Shown: positions 1 through 15,116 of the stretch, in pieces
How the letters are laid out: each line of letters begins with the position of its first letter
Position numbering within the stretch: the first letter of the stretch is position 1
Assembly (NCBI RefSeq): GCF_963506605.1
Contig: NC_083281.1
Location: forward strand, 5,518,001-5,582,000
Direction: 5' to 3'
Length of the DNA: 64,000 bases
Source: Zootoca vivipara
Taxonomy: Eukaryota
The notes under the pieces: generated by a model
The model's database searches: none
What the model saw: the letters and a program-made list of their open reading frames with translations, nothing else
Told to the model about the DNA's origin: nothing
Translations under genes and position numbers: made by a program

Positions 1-2172
1 CGATAGGGGATGCCTTATCCCATGTTGATGGCCTTTCAGCTGATTCCCTGGTGACCCATTGGAATATGGAGTTAACCAGGGCTATTGACTGTCTGGCTCC
101 GAAGCGCCCTCTCTGATTGCATGGAGCCCGGGCAGCCCTGTGGTTTTCCACGGATCTGAGGGTGATGAAACAATCGCCGCCGGCGGAAAACTCACTCTGA
201 ATCAGACCAGACACGGGCTAGAGCTCAATGTCGAGCCTACCAAGTGCCGATGGCGACGGTGAAGAATTCACTGCCTCTATTGCCTCTGCAGAAAATAGTA
301 GCAGGAGACTCTTTCAGGTGGTTCGCAATTTAACAGAACCACCTTCACTTTCAGGGCCTTGTAAAGACTCCAAGATCTCCTGCAACGGTTTTGCAAAGTG
401 TTTTGCAGATAAAGTCGCTCAGATTTGGAAGGAGGTAGACACCACCGTGGGAGCAGGGCCGGGGTGGGAGAGTGCCAGAGCCCTGTCTAGTCATGTTATA
501 TGGGATCAATTTCAATCTGTTACCTCCGAGGATGTGGACAGGCTGCTTGGACAAGTGAAACCGACCACCTGTCTCCTTGATCCTTGTCCATCCTGGCTAA
601 TAAAAGCAAGCTGGGAAGGGCTGGGCGATGGGCTCTGTGGGGTGGTGAATCCTCCCCTCTGTGAGGGAGCCTTCCCAGGCCCACTGAAAGAGACGGTTAT
701 TAAACCGCTTCTTAAAAAACCATCTTTAGATGCGGCCAACTATCGCCCAGTCTCAAATCTACCATTCTTGGGCAAGGTGGTTGAGCAAGTGGTTGCTGAG
801 CAACTCCAGGCACGCCTGGAAGAAGCGGACCAATTGGATCCCTTCCAGTTGGGATTCAGGCCTCATCATGGGACTGAAACTGCCTTGGTCGCACTGGTTG
901 ATGATCTCCAGCGGGCTAGGGACAAAGGTGAGAGCTGTTTCCTAGTTCTGCTGGATCTCTCAGTGGCTTTTGACACCATCGACCATAACATCCTTCTGGA
1001 CCATCTAGAGGGCTTGGGAGCTGGGGGCACTGTCATACAGTGGTTCCGCTCCTTCCTCCTGGGCCATGTTCAGAAAGTGGTGGTGGGGGATGAGTGTTCA
1101 GACCCCTGGGCTCTCACTTGTGGGGTGCCTTAGGGTTCTGTTTTCTCCCCCATGCTTTTTAACATCTATATGCAGCCGCTGGGAGAGATCATCAGGGGGT
1201 TTGGGCTGGGTATTCATCAGTATGCGGATGATACCCAGCTCTACCTCTCTTTCAAATCAGAACCAGTGAAGGCAGTGAAGGTCCTGTGTGAGTGCCTGGA
1301 GGTGGTTGGAGGATGGATGGCGGTTAACGGATTGAGGTTGAATCCTGACAAGACAGAAGTGCTGTTTGTGGGGGACAGGAGGCGGGCAGGTGTGGAGGAC
1401 CCCCTGGCCCTGAATGGGGTAACTGTGTCCCTGAAGGACTAGGTGCGCAGCCTGGGAGTCATTTTGGACTCACAGCTGTCCATGGAGGTGCAGGTTAATT
1501 CTGTGTCCAGGGCTGCTGTCTATCAGCTCCATCTGGTACATAGGCTGAGACCCTCCCTGCCTTGCAGACTGTCTCGCCAGAGTGGTGCATGCTCTGGTTA
1601 TCTCCCGCTTGGACTACTACAATGTGCTCTACGTGGGGCAACGTTTGAAGGTGACCCAGAAACTGCAACTAATCCAGAATGCGGCAGCTAGACTGGTGAC
1701 TGGGAATGGCTGCCGGGACCACATAACACCGGTCCTGAGAGACCTACATTGGCTCCCAGTATGTTTCCGAGCACAATTCAAAGTGTTGGTGTTGACCTTT
1801 CAAGCCCTAAATGCCCTTGGTCCTGTATACCTGAAGGAGCGTCTCCACCCCCACCATTCAGACCGGACACTGAGATCCAGTGCCGAGGGCCTTCTGGCGG
1901 TTCCCTCCCTGCGAGAAGTGAGGTTACAGGGAACCAGACAGAGGGCCTTCTCAGTAGCGGCACCCGCCCTGTGGAACGCCCTCCCATCAGATGTCAAGGA
2001 AATAAGCAGTTATCCTAATTTTAAAAGACATCTGAAGGCAGCCCTGTTTAGGGAAGCTTTTAATATTTAATGCTGTATTGTTTTAATATTCAATTGGGAG
2101 CCGCCCAGAGTGGCTGGGGAGACTCAGCCAGATGGGTGTGGTATAAATAATTTATTATTATTATTATCATTA
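1..2172 (+). mobile_element. L2-clade LINE, 3' part of ORF2 (reverse transcriptase), degenerate
   Basis: Broken ORFs 228-1133, 1152-1442 and 1582-2070 carry RT motifs (NYRPVSNLPFLGK, LLDLSVAFDTIDH, GVP*GS, QYADDTQLY) and the L2 C-terminus (LHWLPV, RAFSVAAP.LWN.LP). The element ends in a (TTA)n tail. Confidence 0.9.
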
Positions 2173-2184
2173 TTAGATACTAAC

Positions 2185-2240
2185 CGATTGCAGTGCACAG
2201 CCATCATTACCCACTGGGGTGCTGTGAGGAATCCGCCACA
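2185..2240 (-). pseudogene. Relic exon-2 fragment of a granule serine protease gene
   Basis: Minus strand reads CGGFLTAPQWVMMAVHCNR followed by GT, homologous to [19 protein letters not shown] of gene 2. The adjacent 2243-2285 matches intron 1 of gene 2. Confidence 0.8.
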
Positions 2241-2390
2241 GTTGAGCTTACAAATGGTTTTCCTAGCAAGTAAGTTAGCGAAGAGTGAAAAGTCAATGCT
2301 CTTTCAACCATGTAACCACAGAAAGTTAGGAATCCAGTGTCCTGTTGGAAAGAAGAGCAGTATACAAATTTTAATAATAATAATAATAAT

Positions 2391-2817
2391 TGTCACAGTG
2401 GCCGGAGCGGGCTACTTCAGAGTAACGACTCTACACAGCTCTGCATTTTATTCTTTTATTGGTGCTGCGTATTTACAGTGCTGAAGGCATTGCTATTTAC
2501 ACGGAGTGATGTTGTCAGTTTGATTCAGAACCTCCGAATGGCGTTTGGCGCGTTTTTCTCCAACACAAAAGCTTGGGGAGACCCATCCTCTTCCCTCTCC
2601 GCCTTCTGCGCAATTCCGGAGTTGGGGGGATGGGTCTGCCCCCCTTACTTGCCCCTTCCTGTCCCACCTGGGACCCTGGCTCCGCTACCTTGCCTGAGCC
2701 TCGGACACGACTTCCTGCTTCCCCACTGGAATCGGAACTCTCTCTGCTTTCCCCTGCGCTCGGGGATGGGCTTGAACTCAGGAGGGGAGGGACTTCGCGA
2801 TATCCCCTGTCCCTCAC

Positions 2818-2818
<1 letters not shown>
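2391..2818 (-). mobile_element. Solo LTR of the Gypsy/chromovirus family found at 34154-39964
   Basis: 428 bp TG...CA sequence, highly similar to the LTRs at 34154-34581 and 39537-39964. Flanked by ATAAT on both sides inside an (AAT)n tract. Confidence 0.93.
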
Positions 2819-2857
<39 letters not shown>

Positions 2858-3039
2858 TAGTAACAGCCACTTGAGATTTCTAAAAGCTGGTCTCTGATTT
2901 TCTTTTAATGAATACATTGTCTTCATTATTCTGATTTCATAAACCTTTGCTTTAAAAGTCTCCAATTCTGGGATCACTCCATTTCTCATTTTTTTCCAAT
3001 CTCCCCATCTGCCTATCTGATTGCTGTTTGTGGGGGGAT

Positions 3040-3206
3040 CAGCCACGTAGCTAGCGAGAAACGATAAGCCTGCCTATCAGATCTCAAGTCTAGACTGTGG
3101 CTTCCTAGGGAAGGTGGAACCCAGAGGGTGGAGGAAATAAAAGCTTAAGGGATCAAGAGACTGAAGAGTTTAGCACCAGGCATCTCCCTCCTTGGCAAGC
3201 ATCAAG
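3040..3206 (+). promoter_or_regulatory. Proximal promoter of protease gene 1 (block shared by all paralogs)
   Basis: Block CGATAAG...CCTATCAGATCTCAAGTCTAGA-TGTGGCTTCCT...GGAAG...AATAAAA about 70 bp upstream of the ATG. It recurs upstream of genes 2, 3 and 4 and contains GATA, RUNX-like, ETS and TATA-like motifs. Confidence 0.65.
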
Positions 3207-6631
<3,425 letters not shown>

Positions 6632-9600
6632 GGAGAAGAGACATCAACAACGCTATCTTTGCTTTTGCTTTTCCACGCTTGTGCTTGCATGAATAACCTG
6701 CTTGGCTTGCATTCTGCAACAAAACACACACACAGAGAGAGACCCCCTCAATGGCTGTGAAAAAAGGATGATCTATCAGATGTTTCATACAGGATGGTGT
6801 TTGGGCAAGTGCCATCACTGCCTCCCACCCCCTTGAAGAAAATCCCTCCCCCATCTCCCTCAAGCAGCTCCTCCCTTCTCCCTATTGTAAGGGTGGAGGA
6901 CCTGTGGCCCCAGATGCTGGAGTTCAACGACATCTGGAGAAACAAAGACTGTCCATATGTGTGGACTGCATCAGGTTCCATAGGTCCTCCTTTACGTCAG
7001 GAGAGGAGGACCTGCGGCTCTCCAAATGTTGTTGGACTCAAACTCCCATCAGTCCTGGCTAGTACAGCCAATTGTGAGGGCTGATGGGAGGGCTGATGGG
7101 AGTTGAAGTCCATCAACATCTGGATGGCCAAAATGTCAGCCACCTCTGCTTCTAGATGATTTCACTGGCTCCTCCTCACAGACCTGCCATTGGAACCTGC
7201 TTTTTGGGACGAGCTCAGGTCGAGCCCCTTGAGGTTAAGGAATGTGGGACATCATCCTCTCAGCCAACAGGGGAGGATTCTATCCCATTTCTAAAGAGTT
7301 TCCTCTGTGCATTTCATCAGCCCCCCAAATATCATTCTAACCTCTAGGATTCCTAGATGCAGATCCAAAACACTTTGGCACCCACATCGCACAATTAACC
7401 ATTTCACAAAACAAACTCCCTTAGGCTGTGGGTTGTTGCGATATATTGTGGGAATGGAGGAGACATTTAATTCAGCCTGGATTGAAAGTTGAACCTCCCT
7501 CCCTCACACCTTCTGAAACTAGGTTCACACCAAAAACAGCCATCCCCCAAATTTAACATTTCTCCAGATTTTGCTGTTCAGGTCTCCAGCCAAGTCATGT
7601 GCGTGTGAATGCACATAATGGGGGTAAAGTGTGTCTTTTGATGCATGGAATAGTTTTTTTAAAAAAGCATACCAAAAATGCATTATCTTAGGGCAAATCG
7701 CTTTGCAGAAAATGTGAATATTTCACACAATTGCATACAAAAGTGTGTATCAAAAGAAATTCACATAAAAATGCTGTTGAAGTTTCATGAGTTTCTCTCT
7801 CTCTCTCTCTTTTTTTAAAAAAACCCAGAACACTGCAAATATATACAGATATGTAGATAACTGAACTTATGATTGGAAAAAGAAACGGGGAGGCACAAAA
7901 GTGGACAATTTGTCCATCTGTCCACCCAGAGCAGGGAACACTAAAGGAGCTCAGCAGGGCCCACTATGGAAGGAATCTCTCCCCAGGGATGAAGATGGTA
8001 GAAATTTAAATAGGGGTGGCAGAGAACAAGGCATTGTGAGTGCCAGAGCACAAGACACTAATTCAGAGAGGCCAAAGCTCAGGGAAATCTTCAGGTGAAA
8101 AATGAATTCGAGGAAGCATCTGAAAGAGGAGATGCTGAGCTGTAGGCATGGGTGACTTCAACTACCTTGACCTAGACAGGCTGCATTTGTGTCCCTGCCA
8201 TAACCAAGAGGTAAAATGTCTAGATGCCCCAAAGGACTGTGTCCTAAAACACCTGGCGGCCTCAGGGGGGCTCAGGCGGGACTTCCTCTTAAGAGGGACC
8301 CATGATGCAGTGCAAGACGTCAGTATTGTTGAACCAGTTGGGAGCAGTGACCATAGTGCTATTAAATTAAAGACACACCTACAGGGCCAGTTGCTAAGAA
8401 CAGCCAACACTTGAGGAAGTGATCCAAAAAAGAGGGAGGGGGGGCCTGATGGATAAGTAGTGACTTAGATGCTTGGTGGGAAGCCAGCCCACTCAGAGAA
8501 CTGCTGAACAAGACGACTGAAGGGAAAGGGGTTGATAGGCATCAGCTGTAGTGAGGGTGTGTCCCCATTAGCTCCAGATAAACAAATAAAATACCATGAA
8601 GACGAGACGAGCAGCTGGGACGATGTCTATGCACTTGGTCAGTGTCCTGCCCGTCATTGCAGCACCTGCCTTTGCCAAGCCTGCTTTCACTCTGCTGCTT
8701 GCCTGACTCTTGCATGCGCACCAACTGCCCTGAAAAGGCCCTGACCATCCTGAAAAACTCTGGCCATCACGGCTCCTCATGTTGCCACACAAACACCAAA
8801 AATTCCCAAGGGGCCATCCCTTCAGTACTGACTTGAACTCCCTGCTCCAGCCTGGGAGGAGGAGGAGGTGGAGGATGGGGCAGGCAGTGAAGTTGAAGGA
8901 GGGCCAAAGCCCTGGAACCACCAGGCTCTGAGGTGGTGACCCTGCGGGAGAAAGTGGTTGTGCTGGGGATGGAGCTGGGCACCTGCCAGAGCCACCTGGC
9001 ACTGGGGAAGAAGCAGTGCCTCAAAGCCCAGGCCAGCGTCCCTATTTGCCCCTGAGGAAGGTTGGAGGGTATGTCGTCTCCTGAGACACATGGATGCCAG
9101 CAAGTCCCAGGGCAAGAAGCCAGCACTGAAACAAGCCAAACCTCTGATTTGGAGATGGAGGCTTGGATGGTGGAGCCCAGCACTACATGGAGAAGAGTAG
9201 ACAGACTGGTGGGGATCTCTCCATGTTTGACTTGGATCATATAAAGCTCCTGATTTCAAACCCTCCCCTCCCCACAACTAGGGAGGGGTGAATCTGTTCG
9301 TTGGTGTGTCTCCCAGTTTCTCCTTTTCCCAATATTCAGTTCAAAACACCACATATACACATCAGCTTGCAATTAAAAACACACACACACACACATTTGT
9401 GTGGATGCATTAGCAGTTTATTGTGAATTACTCTTGAGATACAAAGTTGCATGCAAGTTTGCCAAACGAGCACATCTTTGCAAAGCAATTTCCCCTAAAA
9501 TAAGGCGTTTGGGGCAGGCTCCTTTCACTGCTATGCACACTGATAGCCACACCTCATTCCAGTATCTGCATTTATGTGCACTAGACTTGCCTGGAGAGCC

Positions 9601-10880
9601 GAATTGCAAAATTCAGAAATGGGCGAATTTGAAAGGATGGCCGCGTTTCATAACTTATTCCAGAAAGTGTGAATGAGGGAGGTTCAATCTTACCTTTGAG
9701 ATGAATTTAATTTCCCCTTTGTCCCTCTGGTACGTCACCCCAACCAGTAGCCTGGAGGAGTTTGGCATGTGAAATGGTAAACTGATAACTTTTAACTGCC
9801 CCCCCCCATGCATTTTGGTGCCAAGTTCTTTTGTATGAATGTACTGGAATCCTAGAGCTCAGACCAGTGTATTGGACATCGTGGAAATGCACAGCGGAAG
9901 TTCCCTAGGGCTGAAATGAAATGCCTCCCGTTGAACAGGAAGAGAAATTCCCACAGTCCTCGCCCTCCAGTGTCCCAGAACACAAAGTCCAAATCTATGC
10001 CAATGTTATAGGCTGAAGAGGGAGGATGGAGTGGAATCATTCTAACGTGAGATGTGGTTAATCTTTTGGCCATCCAGATGTTGTTGGACGTCAACCCCCA
10101 TTGCCCCGTATTGGCCATGTTGCCTGGGGCCGATGTTGTCCAACAACATCTGGAAGGTGACAGGAGCCAAGTAGTTTTCTTGAAGGAGATGGGGAGGGAC
10201 TGAAGGAACTTGTGGAAACCTAATCATGTATGAAACACCTGATACTTTTTGCAGCTGTTGAGGGGGGGGGGTCAGTGTGTGTGTGTGGTTGAAGGATTCA
10301 AGCAAAACAGCTTATGTAGCAAACAGAAGCATTAAAATTAAAAAGCCTGAGGATGTCGCTGCTCGTTTCTTCTCTTCACCCGGCCATCAGCCCTCACAAT
10401 TCGCTAAACTAGCCAGGACTGATGGGAGTCCAACAACATTTGGAGAGTCACAGGTTCTCCTCTCCTGATCTAAAGGAGGACCTATGGAAGTTCATGCTAT
10501 CCAAACATTTGAACAGATGTTGCTGGGCTCTAGCATCTGGGGCCCACAGCTCCTCCGTCCCTGCATTAGGAGAAGCAAGGGAGAAGGAAGGAGTTGCTTG
10601 AGGGAGATGGAGGTCTGTGGAGCTCAGGGAGAGAGTTCCAGGCATATGGGGATATTGAGGGAGAAGGGGCAGAATGGCTTTAAGGGAGAAGAAAGGACTT
10701 TGGGGCACCTGAGGACAGGAGACCTGGAGGAGCAAAGATCCCGGGAAGAGGGCTGCTAGGAAAGAAGGGTGGAAAGCAGGTGGCAAGAGGGTGAGAGGGG
10801 TTTTCTTCAAGGGGACGGGAGGCAGTGAAGGCACTTGCCCAAACACCATCCTGTATGAAACATCCAATAGATCTTCCTTT

Positions 10881-11026
10881 NNNNNNNNNNNNNNNNNNNN
10901 NNNNNNNNNNNNNNNNNNNNNNNNNNNNNNNNNNNNNNNNNNNNNNNNNNNNNNNNNNNNNNNNNNNNNNNNNNNNNNNNNNNNNNNNNNNNNNNNNNNN
11001 NNNNNNNNNNNNNNNNNNNNNNNNNN
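10881..11026. other. Assembly gap (146 N) just downstream of the gene 2 stop codon
   Basis: Run of N. Confidence 0.99.
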
Positions 11027-11075
11027 AGCAGGTTATTCAGCAAGCAGAAGCATTAGAAAAGAAGAAGCCACAATG

Positions 11076-14000
11076 TTACTGCGAGTGCTTCTGCATGGTT
11101 TCCTGGATCCAATCAAGGTAGTGGGCAACACGAGTGTAAACTGCTGGAGGGTGCGAGGGATTGAAATACGAGGCGATTCCTTGTGCCACATCATTGCACA
11201 CCAAGGGGCCACCTGAGTCACCCTGTGGAGAGGAGAGAGAGAACAAAGATGGCAGCTGGGGGAACATTTGGATCCACATTGTGGCGAAATCTGGAGCTTG
11301 AACCAGGGCAAACTACCAGGTTACTGTTGGTTGGATCATTTTGGAGGGCAATGTCTTTCTAATAAAATGCATTTTTGTACATTGGTTTTACCAATATATG
11401 CATTTATATGTGCTCTTTCTGCTAATGCATTCCTTTATGTATATATTATTTGAGTGGAGAACATAGCTGCCAAGTACCCTGTTTCCCCCGGGAAATCCCC
11501 CGTATTTCTTACCGTTTCCCGCAGGTGTCCCGAATGGCAAAATTCCCCCGGATTACAGAGCTCCTGCCGGCGGCCATGTTCTTATGGTGCCGCGCCGGCA
11601 CCCGACGTCGCTTCTACGCATTTCCGGACATGCGTAGAAGCGACTTCTGGCGCTGTGGACATTTTGGAAATGGGCACAGTGACATTGGAAATCACTTCTA
11701 CGCATGTCCGGAAGTGCGTAGAAGGGACTTCCGGTGCCACGGTGCTGCTGATCCCGGATTTTTCAATCCAGAACTTGGCACCTATGGTGGAGAACTATTT
11801 GGCTATTATAAAAGATAACCAATTTTCAGTTCCACTATTAGTTCAGAAAGTATAAATTAGCTCTGCTTGTGTTCAAAGTGTGAACCTGACCCAGGGCGGC
11901 ATCCCATGATACTATGAGACACAACGAGTGTTGATTTCAGTGGGTCTGCTCTCAGTAGGACATAGGGCTCACTTGTCCCGTCTGAGCAGTTTCCCCCTTG
12001 CCCCACTCCTTTTCCAGGGAAAACCAGCTCTTTAGCTCTAAATCGGAACAAACAGCAATCTGCAGAAAACTCCTTTCTTGTTTGCTCCGATTCAGCTCCT
12101 CAGAGCGGTTTTCTCCTGGAAATGCGGCGTGACAAGAAGAATTGTGCAGGAGCCTTTAGTAGGATGCAAGCCTTAATAACTCTAGCTTCCCTTTTGGGGA
12201 CCCTTGGAGCCCCTGTGAAGCATAGAAATGAATAGCATCATTCGAAATCCACCCCGGGGAACAGGCATACATTTTATGAAGCCACTGGATTGGTCATTGG
12301 AAGGGCATAGCTAGCTGCTCTGGCACTCGGAGCAGTGGGGGCAGGGCGGGCTGCTCACAGGGGCCCCACAGTGATCCAAGCATGGGGGTGGGTGGGCAAG
12401 CCGCCCAGGGGAGCGGTGCCACGATCCACACGGGAGGGTGCTGCAGAGAGCTGCCCATGGAGCCCGTCTGGCGGACGCAAGCCCCACGCTGCCTTTCCGG
12501 GCAGCGCGCGGCTCCGAGCCACCACGTCACTCCCAGGAGAGAAAGGTGGCTCAGGCATGCTTCAGGCCAGGCCCTGTGGTAAGTGCTGCCCCCCCCCATG
12601 TGCCATTTTGTCACCCCTCAGGGATGACACCTGGGATGCCCCACCCCGCATCCCCCTTCCTACGTCCCTGAGACCAGGTATAAGTAGACCGGCATCTGCC
12701 CATGTGTCTTCTGCTGAAGAGGAGAAGGATCCCTCAAAAGGGTGGGATCGATAACTGGGGAAGGCGTGCAGCTCCCCCACCTCTGATCCCGCCACTCGCT
12801 GCTTCTGCTGACTCTCACCGGCAAAATAGTCATCGGCTTGTAGGGGCTCCCAGCACAGACCTTCCCACCATCGATGTTATGATGCAGTTTCCCACATGCC
12901 CAACGGTCATAGATGATGACATTGGTCTCATAGAGTGTGTGTGGTAACCAGTCTTTGTAAACCGGGCCCCATCCTGCCACGCTGCAGGGGGTCCCATGGG
13001 AGAGGTCACGGTTGAATGTGGGCAAGCGCAGGATCTTGACGTATTTACCCAGAGTAGCCTTTGAATTCAGCTGCAGAAAGGAGAGATGGGAGAGAGCTCA
13101 TTGATTTAGTGTTGCTCAAGGAAGTCCTTGGGGACGTCTGGTGCCTCTAAAAATGGGGCACTTTGGGGGGGGGAGTACCAGACTATATTAATAATACTGA
13201 ATGCTAATAATACAGTATGGGTAGTATTAATGGCCCACATTCAACTAAATGGTTGTACCAGCAAGCGTCTTGCGAATGCGATGGGGCTTCTCCACTGCAC
13301 ACACACACATACACCCTAATCTGCTTTGTGGCAAACATTTCAATACTAAAAGAATACAACTGAAACCACTTTTAGAACAACAGAACAACATTCTCAAAAT
13401 TAGATAAAAACTCCTACAAGCAGCCACCTACTCCGAATTTAATGATTTCAGGGCTGCCACGTAAGAGACTTTTGGTCACCCAATGCCAGGGAAAACTGCA
13501 CCTTGTCTAGTTCATTATGCTGCACACATTGGGACGGAGGGAGACACTTGGCTTCTGCCTTCAGGGTCACTGACTTTGGGGGATAGATAGGAGAGATTGC
13601 TTGGAACTAGCTACCTTGAGCAGACGGATATCGTTGTATATGATGAGTTCATTATTTTTGTAATAGTGTTTATATTTCGAGTGTACGTAGTTTCCCGCAA
13701 CGCTGAACACTTGCTGAAATGGTTCTTTAATGTAGATATTATGTGCCCCCAAGGTGACCCTATAGTTGCTGGAAACAGAGCATCAGTTAGTATCGGAGAT
13801 CCCAGGACTCAATCCCCTCCTGGCCCCCATGCAAAAGACCAGGCTCCACCCTCCCTTGGTGCATCCATGCAACCAGCTTGGCCCTTGATGGTTAGGGTGC
13901 CACCTGTCATGGGTGCTTTAGCTGACCAGATGACCCTAGGAGTCCCTTCCAATTGTACAATTCTATGGTTCTATGACCATCCCTGCTAAAAATCAAAGAG

Positions 14001-14698
14001 GGATTAGTGGGACTTACCGATTGCAGTGTGCAGCCGTCATTACCCACTGGGGTGCCACCAGGAATCCGCCACAGAACCAGTCCTCGGGATCCCTCAAGTA
14101 AGCCATGTAGGGTCTCGAGTGGGGCTTGGCTTCATGCCCCCCAAAAATCTGACTCCGCAATGGATCTGCAAGAACCGTATGCAGAGATCAGCTCCTGCTG
14201 CTACTCCTTGCATGTAACAGAGAGCCTGTCACACATTCAAAGTTATTGGGGGACAAAAGGGACAGGTCACCGTGCCAATGAGCTGACAATTGGTTTTCCT
14301 AGCAAGGAAGTTAGCGAAGCAAAAGTAAAGAGCAGCCATAAGAAGACCCCTTCATCCATTAGCTCAGGATTCTCCTGCACAGACTGCCAAGAGTGGCTCA
14401 TTTTGGAATTGAGATACGAGTCTCATAATGTCATTATTATGATTGGCGGACCAACTCTGCATTACAAAGGTGTCTTCTGGCAACATCACCCCTGCCATGT
14501 GGGAATCCCTTGAAGACAACCACCATGCCTGGGACTAAACAGTCAAATTGTGATCAGAGGAGGAATGACCACTGGGAGGAGGATTTTAGAGAGAAGAAAT
14601 GCCATGGTGCATCAACTGCCATGGTGCTTTTACTCACCTGTTTGAGCCAAGGAGACGGACAGCAGCAGCAGCAGAAGAGCCTGGCGGAGTCTCCACAT
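11076..14698 (-). CDS. Granzyme/mast cell protease-like serine protease 2 (253 aa, triad intact, altered S1 pocket)
   Basis: Exons 14698-14638, 14165-14018, 13768-13615, 13070-12819, 11222-11076, all [65 protein letters not shown]|[23 protein letters not shown]. Confidence 0.92.
11462..11786. mobile_element. hAT-type MITE in intron 4 of gene 2
   Basis: TIRs CATAGCTGCCAAGT / ACTTGGCACCTATG with a perfect 8-bp TSD GTGGAGAA. Confidence 0.85.
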
Positions 14699-15024
14699 CT
14701 TGATGCTTGCCATGGACGGAGATGCCTGGTGCTTAACTCTTCAGCCTCTTGACCCCTTAGCTTTTATTTCGTTCACCCTCGGGACCCCACCTTCCCTAGG
14801 AAGCCACAATCTAGATTGGAGATCTGATAGTCAAGCTTATCGTTTCTCGCTAGCTACGTGGCTGATCCCACCACGAACAGCAATCAGATAGTAAGATGGG
14901 TAGATTGGAACAAATGAGAAATTGGGTACTTTTTAAGCAAAGTTTATGAAATGAGAGAAGCAAAGATAATTCATTAAAACAAAATCAGAGACCAGCTTTC
15001 GGCAAATTCAAATGGCTGTTACTA

Positions 15025-15116
15025 TCTTCTTCTTCTTCTTCTTCTTCTTCTTCTTCTTCTTCTTCTTCTTCTTCTTCTTCTTCTTCTTCTTCTTCTTCTT
15101 CTTCTTCTTCTTCTTC
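15025..15116. repeat. (TTC)n microsatellite upstream of gene 2
   Basis: About 30 perfect TTC units. Confidence 0.95.

Noticed and set aside
8640-8680. SOCS-box-like PSLQHL motif
   Set aside because: It lacks the following conserved Cys and is not preserved in the second copy, so it is likely chance.
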